DNA of 63,512 bases, the filler included, from Pelomyxa schiedti (Eukaryota; Protista; Evosea): NCBI GenBank assembly GCA_020536535.1. It is 11 parts of 11 records of this genome, joined end to end, with 100 filler letters (N's around TTAATTAATTAA, not from the genome) between each part and the next. Parts side by side here need not be neighbours in the genome. Positions count along the whole stretch, not along the records: positions 6,163 to 27,543 come from JAHLWZ010000675.1; positions 27,644 to 32,344 come from JAHLWZ010001563.1; positions 32,445 to 48,059 come from JAHLWZ010001155.1; 8 more parts are not named here. One strand, written 5' to 3'. The position numbers and the translations under genes were made by a program. The notes below the pieces were generated by a model that saw only the letters and a list, made by a program, of their open reading frames with translations, was not told the origin of the DNA and ran no database searches. This document shows, one piece after another, positions 25,343 to 34,644 of the stretch (the stretch's first letter is position 1; the number at the start of each line of letters is the position of its first letter).

Positions 25343-26783
25343 ATGGACCACGAACAACTGAAAAGACAACACCGCGACTTTCATTCTGCCCAACAAGTCG
25401 CCGCGTCGCCAAAACCAAACAACCCATCGCAAGTCCATGTCCGTGCAGGTAGAGCGATCACCGTCGCCCCGTTTTCCAGAACAGAAACGATAACGACAAC
25501 GGATACAACGAGGGGAACAACCACAGTGACAACAACCACGACATCATCCAAACAACACACGATGGCGGACCAGATGGTGTCGCTGGCCATGGCATCGCAC
25601 CCCCGCTGTGGCTCCCGCTCCTCGCTCTCGCCTTTGTTGCTGTGGTCGATGACCGCACCATCGATGATGACCACTTGTGCTGCTGCTGCTGGTGGTGGTT
25701 GTGACGGCACTCTGGTGCTCAGGCTGCTGTGGAGGTGGTTGATGGGAACTGAGAGGTTCTTCTGCGTGTCTTGGCGTTGCAAGAACCCCAAGGTGATCAT
25801 CATGGTCACATTTGGCGTCTCTTCTGTGCTTCTGACACTGACCCATGGATTGAAGTGGTATGGCAGGGCGAGAGCTCCATTTTGCGGTGCAAATGACCAC
25901 CAGTTGGTGGCACAGGATAATGCCAGGGAGGGTGTTTATTACTTGAAGAGCAGAGCAACGGGGAACCTTGAACCTCTGGTTTCCATCAAAAAGTCCTTTG
26001 ACACAGAGGGCACAAATGGGAAGTGGTTTGTGTGCTTTTCAACAGACTCATTGTTTGTCATTGAGCTGCCAAAGAGGGGAGAGCAAAGCACAGCAAAGGA
26101 AAAACCAGCAACTGTGGTTCCAGTTTCATCTGTTGGCAGTTGCTGTGAGTACTGGAGGTTCTCCTTTTGCAGTTTCAATGAGGACCACTTGTTGGTTCGC
26201 TTTTATGACTCGTGTGAACCTACTTGTATGCAATTTGTTCTGATTGACCTTGCGCAAACAAAGTCATCAGGAAAATTGGTGGTTGTGGCTTCAGCTACTC
26301 CTCAAATTCCAAATCCCGCTTGCAGTAACCTCGAGTGGGGTGAATCACGAATGTTGTGCCTGTTCCACAAATAGTGGTGCCTACTCATTTGTCACAATGA
26401 CTGACTGTGGCAGGCTCCTGGCAATCGAGGAGGGCACTGCCCAAGTACATCAATTGTCTTCCAAGAGATACAAATTGTTTGCATCCCCAACAGTGATCTC
26501 ACAGATGAGCCCGTCACAGTTCTGCGTTTTCAAAAGGGGGTCTACTTATGATGTGTGGGATATGAACAACCCAATTGAGCCACTGAGAAAGAAGTGCCAG
26601 CCTGGCTTCACCACCTATGAGGCTTTTGGGGAAGGTGGCTATCTGTTCCAGGTCAGCGAATCGCACAAAGAAATCCACGTGTCAGAAGAGTCATCTGGTG
26701 ACCACATCATCACGTTCAAGTTATTCAGTCCTCTCCAGAGCACCCTGAGCCACTTCTCCTTCCTTCTCTCCTCTCAGAATTAG
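25343..26783 (+). pseudogene. 'HPRCG/NGKW' family gene split by a single frameshift (pseudogene or sequencing error)
   Basis: ORFs 25343-26374 and 26244-26783 together align end to end with 6633-8111. Removing one G from GGGG at 26337-26340 joins them (…NLEWVNHEC…). Confidence 0.8.
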
Positions 26784-26858
26784 TTTTCTGAAAAGACTCT
26801 TGTTCCTATTACCGTATGAGAAACCTTCGTTGCCGCAAACTTTCGTAGCAACGGCCCA

Positions 26859-27032
26859 ATGGACAACCAACAACAGCATCGTCGCCCCGACCCACAATTC
26901 GGCACAGTGGTCACCGTAGCGCCACTGTCAACAAACCAAACAACAACAAGGACGAAACGAGGGAAAACCACGGTGACAACAACCACAACATCAATTCCAA
27001 TGGGCCCACAATGGAGCCGCTGCGTGGATTGA
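26859..27032 (+). pseudogene. Truncated tandem copy of the same family N-terminus
   Basis: MDNQQQHRRP...VVTVAPLSTNQTTTRTKRG.TTVTTTTT, then a stop before the HPRCG motif. Confidence 0.6.
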
Positions 27033-27643
27033 TTGGAATTCTGAAGATCGCCGCTTCACAGTTTCCACCAGCAGGATAGTCATTTCCATTGGCTCCATGG
27101 AAACCCAGGCCCATGGCACCGTCAACAACACACAGCTTCTCGTTGTGACTCTGAAAAAGGAATCCTGAACGGGCCACAACTGTTCCACCAGTATGTATGG
27201 CGCAGGATGGTCATTTCCATTGGATCGCCATTGCAATGCGCAACCTGAACGAGTGTGTAATCCAGCCAAGTCCAGTCACGGTGCCGGCGGGGCCTGACAC
27301 ACCACTGCCCAGTCCCCTGCTTTCCCCGAAATAACCACTTTTTGTTGGGTTACATTTGAAAAATCCAATGACCAGCAACGCACCAGTTACAGCGTGTAAT
27401 TTCATTGTCAAAAGGGAGCCTGGTGTGCCTCAATGCATTCTTGTTTGACAATCACATTACGCGAAATCCGGACTCGGTGAAAAATGTCCTGCGCGCGCAG
27501 CAGCTGCAACGTGACGGGCGACAGTGTCGAATTCAATGAGCGTNNNNNNNNNNNNNNNNNNNNNNNNNNNNNNNNNNNNNNNNNNNNTTAATTAATTAAN
27601 NNNNNNNNNNNNNNNNNNNNNNNNNNNNNNNNNNNNNNNNNNN

Positions 27644-28451
27644 AGTTCAGAAGGTTATATAGTTTTGTTACCGATTCCAAAAGTTGATACAGAGACACCT
27701 GACTCATGGAACCGGGAAGCTATGGATTTCAAACCCTCCACGGATGTAACACCCTCATTTGCATGGCCATCTTTTGACATGTCAGAGGTGAGTGGATGGT
27801 GTTTATGCCCTCAAACCTGAAAAAAGAAGAATTCTCTTGGTCCGTGAGATTGCAGCAGTAGAGTCTGGGGTGGAACAAGAAGAAAAACAAGAAAATGCGC
27901 GCTCCAACCCAGCACTGATATTTGTGTCGTTGCCAACTCTGACACTTCTTAACTTGACTTTTGAGTGCTTCTTTATTGTTGAGGTCTCCATTTTGGAACA
28001 CAACATGAGTTTTATCATCATATGTCACAAAGTGAACAACATCAGAGGGGTCCTGGGTATTCCTTGTTAATTCCGAGAATCAAGAAGCTAGAGTGACCCT
28101 ACAAATGTTTGATGCATTTTTTCACAGCCCTCTTGGCATTCTTCAATCTCTCGCCTGACATTGACCCAGACCTGTCCACAACAAGTGCAATCTCCAAGTT
28201 TGGCCTTGAAACGCACTGCACATTTTTCCCTGTTTGGACTTGCAGCAGTCACCATATCACTCAAGTGAAAAAAAAAAACAGCTGGACCTGTTGACAACAA
28301 AGTGAAATTTGAAAAAAAACGAAACCTGGTGGGTATTTGTGACACCACGCAGAGAATGTGTGGGTGAAACAGCTGGTTTCACCACAACAAGAGGGCCACC
28401 AACGCACACGCCCAATTCCGCAGCGCCACTACAACCGACACACGCTGCCAT
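27644..28451 (-). CDS. Possible spliced hypothetical gene, runs off contig
   Basis: Coding-like Cys/His-containing segments on the minus strand separated by intron-like stretches; no family recognised. Confidence 0.3.
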
Positions 28452-28524
28452 TATTGGTTGATGGGGGAAAAAAACAAATTGTTATTCCATGAACACGAGA
28501 GCGAAGTGTACGTGAAGGGTATGT

Positions 28525-31092
28525 CTAATACCCTAGTGCCTTGAGTGCCCGGTTGATGAGCTTCAATCGACCACCAGAGCAGGACCGTTTCTCTTTCCGT
28601 AAGTATTTCTTGATGGCTCCACTTTTTAGTTTGGGAGCATCACCAGGAACTTCTCCAATTTCTGTTTTGTTTGGAGTATCAAAAGAATGAGAAATAGTCA
28701 ATGGGGAGTGCGGAATACCTTTTAATGCCGTCAGCAGCTTTTGCTCCTTCTCTACTTGGCTTTGCATCTTAGCAAGTTGTGGCACGGGTTTCCTGGCAAG
28801 TTGTTCGACGGGTTTCCTCTTCATTGGTAGAACTCGTTCCTCCTTAGCACTTTGCGAAGGAGGCGGTACTGGCAATGAAGGAGGCGGTATTAGCAATGAA
28901 GGAGGCGGTACTGGCAATGAAGGAGGCGGTATTGGCAATGAAGGAGGCGGTACTGGCAATGAAGGAGGCGGTACTGGCAATGAAGGAGGCGGTACTAGCA
29001 ATGAAGGAGGCGGTATTGGCAATGAAGGAGGCGGTACTAGCAATGAAGGAGGCGGTATTGGCAATGAAGGAGGCGGTACTGGCAATGAACGGCGCGGATG
29101 CCCGGTACGCTGTGAAGGTGGTGTAGTGAGTTGTCTAATTATGGCCCAGTGATTTTCTGTGGGAACTCCATTCAATAGTATTTTTGCCACATGCCAGACA
29201 CTGTCCAATGACGAAGAACCTTGCAGTTGGGCATTGTGCGACGCTAAGTTTTGAAAACGCATCCACGAGAACAGTTCACTTGCCTTAAGGTGGCCAAGTG
29301 GCTCAGCCAGGAGGACGTTCAATGCCATAATATGGCGCGTCAAGACCATGAAGACCTGAGCATGCAAAAGATGGCAGGGGCATACTGGGCAATGGGTCTG
29401 GAATGCATGATATCGGGCCAAGACTTGCCCAAGGAGGGGAATCCAGCAACAAATTGGCACACAATTCCGAAGCATGGCTACTGCTATCAAGCATGCACAG
29501 ACAGTTCCCCCATTTGGAAGTGTGACAAGCCTTTCAATAGAGTCACTAAGAAACTGCAAATTCCAGTGAAATAGGCAGTCCCGCAAAGAATCTTTTGGGG
29601 TTGTAGACAAGGAAACAGAATCCTGGTGAACGGTAAGATCTGTTGCGCGTAAGGTAAAGAAGAGTTATTATTAATCTTACCTGAATGGGAGATGTAGAGC
29701 CGTGTTCGCGAATTCGCTGTATTTGTCAGTGGAAGCACCGCAAATATTGGTTTCAATATATCCAAGATATCATCTGTCCCCGGTGTAGTGAAAGTGGGTG
29801 CATCCAACAGTGTGTCCCTGCATAGGGACCTAATGGTGTACGTTGCACTGTTCTGGAGGTCAGTGTGTGGCGGGACTGGCCGGAAATTCACGAGAGCACT
29901 CATGATGTTCGTACAGTGAGGCTTAAGAATATCAACAGAACGAAGCCATGCCAAAGTGCGGAGTTCCTCTGGCATGAACTTCTCCATCTCATTTTCTGTG
30001 AAAACGGATGGAGGAACAGTGCTGCTGCTTTGGACAAAATTCAAGAGATTGGGGGTTGAACCCAAGGTCCTCCATAGGGCTAGCCTTGTAACCCCATTTC
30101 CAGCCAAAATGGCAAAAAGGGCTAACTGAGATGGTTCCAGTACTAATTTGGTGCACAGTTCTGTTCTTTAGAGTCGTGAAAAAAACAAGCATAATTAAGA
30201 GTAGTGAAACTGTTTTAGCTCGACAAGGGTCCCGTCGCGTTCAAATATTTCAGCATCCAACCAGGAGTTTACACCATTGAAGAAAATCACGCTATTACTA
30301 TGGGACAAAACACCAACTGCGTTTTGTGCCTTGGCCAAGTAGGCTGCTTCAGCGGCCAGGTTTGTTGAGAAATGTACCTTGATGGGTTAGGGGAAGGTCC
30401 GGCAATCAAAATTCAACAAAGACTGTACCTCGACGTGTGCCTCTTGAAACGCCTCGAAGAGCGCCAGTCGTACTAATGGATCCACGGAATACAAGGTGTC
30501 AGCAATCACAGAGTCATGGTGCCGGTTACAGTGGTCGCAGACCGGATTTGCGGTTGAAGCCTCAGCTGAGTCTCTGCCACTGTGAGGGGCGTTCTTGTCC
30601 CGGTCGAAACACGACCAGTATGGCAGCTTGACTTTTGGGTTTTCAGGGTCATGTCTTGGCCCTGTCAGTGCTGGAATGAAGCCTTTAGTTAAATGGCACA
30701 GCAAACGCAGCTGCCTCCGGGCATCTTCAGTTCGAAAGTGCCTCCAGTTGGGGAAGTGCCCATCATCTTCGAGAAGAACGGTGGGACTGAGATTACGCTT
30801 TGCGAGATTCTGCACGAAACTCCTCACGCGAAATTTTATGACTCTCATCTCAGAGATTGGGCCCTGTGTGTAAGTCCACGCTCTCTCGAAACCGGATCCA
30901 TCCACAATTATCTTTCGCAGCACGGCAGAGTTCACGTCTATGTAATTGTGCACCAAGTCGTACTCTTTGGTCAAGTCTGCAAAACCTGAAGACTCCATAA
31001 GTACTCTTTTCCCCACGCCGTCCACCGTGCCAGTACCTCTCACGTTCATCGGCAGTATTGCCTCCACCGGCTTCACTTCGCTGTCGCGACAA
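28525..31092 (-). CDS. XPG/FEN1-like PIN-domain protein with degenerate active site (Mkt1/FAM120/Asteroid-like) and Pro-rich repeat tail; multi-exon, 5' end unresolved
   Basis: Ordered motifs GKRVLMESSGF (cf. GKR.AIDAS), LSPTVLLEDDG (cf. P.FVFDG), VE|VHFSTNLAAEAAYLAK (cf. APYEAEAQ.AYL), GVLSHSNSVIFFNG (cf. V.SEDSD.L.FG). ORFs 30387-31076, 29487-30107 and 28525-29610 are linked by short introns. Confidence 0.6.
28856..29089. repeat. Coding minisatellite, 11 x 21 bp (GAAGGAGGCGGTAYTRGCAAT), encoding SL(P/L)(V/I)PPP on the minus strand
   Basis: Directly visible tandem array with only two variable positions. Confidence 0.97.
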
Positions 31093-31226
31093 GAAAATCT
31101 GCTGTTTACAATTTTAAAAAGTGATTACGCCAATGATGGAAAAACCTCAGAAAAAAGTCAGCTCCACCATTCACGAAAAACAACCGCAATACGGCTTGTG
31201 AGCTTTGCTCCGTTCATCTGGATCTT

Positions 31227-31347
31227 AGAGCAATAACAATAATAATACTAGTCCTAGACACTGACCTCAATAAATAGCGTAATGTGGGGCGGCGTTGTAG
31301 CTCAATGGTAGAGCGCCTGGTTTTCAGGACGTGATGCGCGGTTCGAT
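31227..31347 (+). repeat. Direct repeat, copy 1 (121 bp identical to 32224-32344; period 997 bp)
   Basis: AGAGCAATAACAATAATAATACTAGTCCTAG...GCGCGGTTCGAT occurs twice. Confidence 0.95.
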
Positions 31348-31378
31348 TCCCGCCACGACCGTTCCACATTTTTTTTTT
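31281..31378 (+). ncRNA. tRNA-derived Pol III-type RNA with extended terminal stem and oligo-T terminator (not a canonical tRNA)
   Basis: A box TAGCTCAATGG, intact D arm GCTC/GAGC, B box GGTTCGATTCC, shortened anticodon arm CCTG-GTTTT-CAGG, AATGTGGGGCGG pairing with CCGTTCCACATT, then a T-run. Confidence 0.7.
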
Positions 31379-31507
31379 CCCCCTTTAAAAAAAGAAAGAG
31401 AAAAAAAATAAAAAATAAAAAATAAAAAGGAAAAAAGAAAATTTCTTTTTTCCCCGAGCCTGAGAGCACAGGGACTCAGCCAATAGCACACAACAACAGA
31501 TATCGGG

Positions 31508-31583
31508 TGGGCCAATGCGGGAATCGAACCGCCGATCTTCAGATTAGAAGACAGCAGTGCATCCAGCTGAGCTACCAGCGCTC
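31508..31583 (-). ncRNA. Second tRNA-like element (degenerate; CTTCTAA loop suggests tRNA-Arg(TCT) ancestry), convergent with the first
   Basis: Reverse complement GAGCGCTGG-TAGCTCAGCTGG...TCTTCTAATCTGAAGA...GCGGTTCGATTCCCGC-ATTGGCCCA. A and B boxes intact; acceptor and D stems imperfect. Confidence 0.6.
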
Positions 31584-32223
31584 GTGGCTTCATTTCCCAA
31601 GTGTTTTCCTCCAGCCAAAAAACCCCGTTGGGTTGGACGATTGAAAAAGAAGCCACGGAATCGGCAGAGTGACTGGTGCCATCAGCCATTGGTGCTCAGT
31701 CAGATTCACTACGGTACCTCCACCCTTGGTTTCTACGTGTTTCCAAAACCTACTTCATCTTTTTCAAGCTGTTTTCAACTAAAAACCTCGCTTCTATTGG
31801 CTGCCTCACGCTCACCAATTGGTTGAAAATATCACAATTCCCTCCACAAACTATCTCAGCACCCTCGCGTCACACCGGCCTGCCCTTCTGGCATTCCTCT
31901 CCTACTTACTGCGTTCTACAATCTTGCAAGCGAGTTTCACTGAAAAAAAAACTGTTTTGCACCCCCTTTAATGCGAAAGCCGCCATTCATTATTTGCATT
32001 ATTTGTATATTTCGAATTTAGCATAACACTGCCCAGTGCTAGATTGATGCCAATACTGCCACTGGATTTCCAGAAGGCCAGAATCACTTTAGAAATTGGT
32101 TCTGTGTTTTTTGTACTGCAAGGTTTTTAGATACAGCCATTTTACATAAAATTTTTATATATCTATATAGGCCCCCCACCCCACACATACACAACAGCGC
32201 TCCGCTCCCTTTTGGGGAGAAGA

Positions 32224-32344
32224 AGAGCAATAACAATAATAATACTAGTCCTAGACACTGACCTCAATAAATAGCGTAATGTGGGGCGGCGTTGTAGCTC
32301 AATGGTAGAGCGCCTGGTTTTCAGGACGTGATGCGCGGTTCGAT
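32224..32344 (+). repeat. Direct repeat, copy 2, with second copy of the tRNA-like RNA (32278-32344) cut by the contig end
   Basis: Identical to 31227-31347; the contig ends within the B box. Confidence 0.95.
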
Positions 32345-32467
32345 NNNNNNNNNNNNNNNNNNNNNNNNNNNNNNNNNNNNNNNNNNNNTTAATTAATTAA
32401 NNNNNNNNNNNNNNNNNNNNNNNNNNNNNNNNNNNNNNNNNNNNTGGAATTACTACTATGGACCAAG

Positions 32468-33018
32468 CTAACTATTGCCGTGGAGCTGGAGAGCGTTTTG
32501 GTGGAGGAGATACACTATGTGGAGGAGAACCTTTCTTTGCAACAGACTTATGCGGCTTACGTTGTCTCGGCGACGGTGGTGGCGACTCGGACTCAGATGA
32601 AGAGTTACTACTTGCAGCGTTACTAGTGACGTAGTTGTTGATCTCGTCCTCTTCAGTCCAACTCCCAGCGTCAGCGTCAGCGTCAGCGTCAGCGTCAGCG
32701 TCAGCATCACCGTGTACAGACGCAGGTCGCGAAGGCGATCGTGATACAGATGGAGGCGAACTAGTTTTAGCCCGGTCACAGCATGGCTTGGCGTAGTGGA
32801 CGTCGTAGCTGTGGTCGTCGTAGTGGATGTCGTACTAGTAGCTTAGTCTCGGCGGTCGCGGCAGCGCTTGACGTAGCGGTCGTTGTCGTCGACGACGCTG
32901 CCGTGTCATCAGGAACTTGAGGATCTGGTAGTTTATCATTCGGGCGGAGCCCCAAAAAGGCCAGCCTGTGGCGTTGCGTCGTTAGTCGGCTCTGATGTTG
33001 CCATAATCTACACGCCAC
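32468..33018 (-). pseudogene. Frameshifted Ser/Thr/Pro low-complexity coding remnant with a (GACGCT)n tract
   Basis: Ser/Thr-rich coding character shifts between frames; ~6 hexamer repeats at ~32666-32704. Confidence 0.35.
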
Positions 33019-34644
33019 AAGGCCGAGGCCTTTTGGGTAGAGTCAAGGTTAAAGAAAGAGTGGTTGGGGTGTTTTGAGTGCCGACAGCAAGATTAAGTGT
33101 ATTAAAGATTCGTAAAATGAAACAACGTTGGTTGGTTGGTTGGTATACAAGGGCTTGCACACCACAATCATACTCCAATTCAACAGACTGTGCGCGGCAA
33201 CAGTAGGGGCTATCGATCCTCCTCCTCTTATTGTTAGCCGGGTGTCCCATCGTGGCATCATGATGACCCCGGACCTCCATGTAGAAGGTCCTCGTTGTAG
33301 TCGAGATCGCGGGCGGAGGGGCGGCGCCGCGGGGGAGGGCGCAGGGTGGACGGGAGACCCGCTGGGGGCACCAGGGCGGGGGCTACCACGGATACGGGGC
33401 GCGGGCCGCCAGGCACAAATATGGTATGGCGCGATGTTGCAGACGGCGGTGGGGGGGGAGGGCTCCACGACGACGGGAGACTGCAGTGCGTCGCCGAGGC
33501 TGCTGCTGTCTTGCGTTGTTGTAGTTGTGGAAGTGGCTGCTTGTACAGCGTCGGTGTTGGACACCACATAAAGATTGATTGTAGATCTCTAAGGAGGGAG
33601 AACTGGGGTCTCGACAGGATCCCGATGTAGGGGCACATCGGAAACGAGTAGCAAGGAAGTGAGGCGCGCGGACAGACACCTCCCAGAATGCAACCAGATC
33701 TTGCTCTTTTTTTGGTGCTCTTTAGTGGTTTGCGTTCAAGGTAATTTGGTGGCACCTAGTGCTCAACGATGGCAGGAAACCAAAGCAAGCACCCAACTCA
33801 ATGAAGAGATGCAATTACCAATGGCTCTGCGCCATTGTTTTTTCCCCCTGTTGCCCACGTGTCTCCCGTCCCCTGTCCTCTGCTTTGGGACCCTGCTGCA
33901 CCTCAGGACGATCCAGTCCCGCCACTGGTCTGCACCCATCCCCACTCTACTGTTTACATTTCCAAAAACCATGGTTTTTTTCCTTTACAAAAACATTGGA
34001 CTCCTTTTTGTGTGATTTTTATGCCAATAAAGGTCGAGAGTCATTGAGACACTGACTGAATGCCAAAGATGTGGTCTTATATCACATCAATGCAATGTTC
34101 ATTGCAACCTTTGTTGGGGGAGATCCCAGTTGATGTTACTGTTTCCTCCCACAAAAACGAATGTTTTTATGTGTGCCAGTACTTATGGGAAGGGTTTTCC
34201 CCCATTACAAACACACTGGGGGCTACCCCTTTTCAAAAATATACAGAGTAATTGCTAGTTGTTGTGTGTTGGTGTACATGTTCAGATTATTTGTTCCACC
34301 ACTGGTGGATATTAGAACCAATCTCTTATCAAACAAGGGCCAGGAAGAAATGCAGGACAGTCCAACCAAGCAGCAAACTCTTCTGGCACTCAACCATTTC
34401 CGCCACTGGTACCATGCATCTAGCAACAGGCTTAGTGTGGAAATGATGGGAATGCCAGAAATTATTCTGATAAACACAGAAAAGCTAGATATGTGAAGTA
34501 TATATGCTGTGAGATTTCGTTTGTATTTATTTATTGTTTTATTGGCGTTTTATTAACCCGTTAATGAGTTATTGAGTTTCCACTCTATTACATGGACATT
34601 TTCATGTTTATCAGGTTCGACATCATAAACATCTTTTTTCAATG

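Noticed and set aside
28875-29126. (MKEAVLA)n ORF and a superficially CRISPR-like array
   Set aside because: Antisense shadow of the coding minisatellite; no unique spacers and no cas genes.
31291-31361. Functional decoding tRNA (e.g. Lys/Glu) call
   Set aside because: The anticodon arm lacks a 7-nt loop and the acceptor and T stems are bulged, so no anticodon can be assigned.
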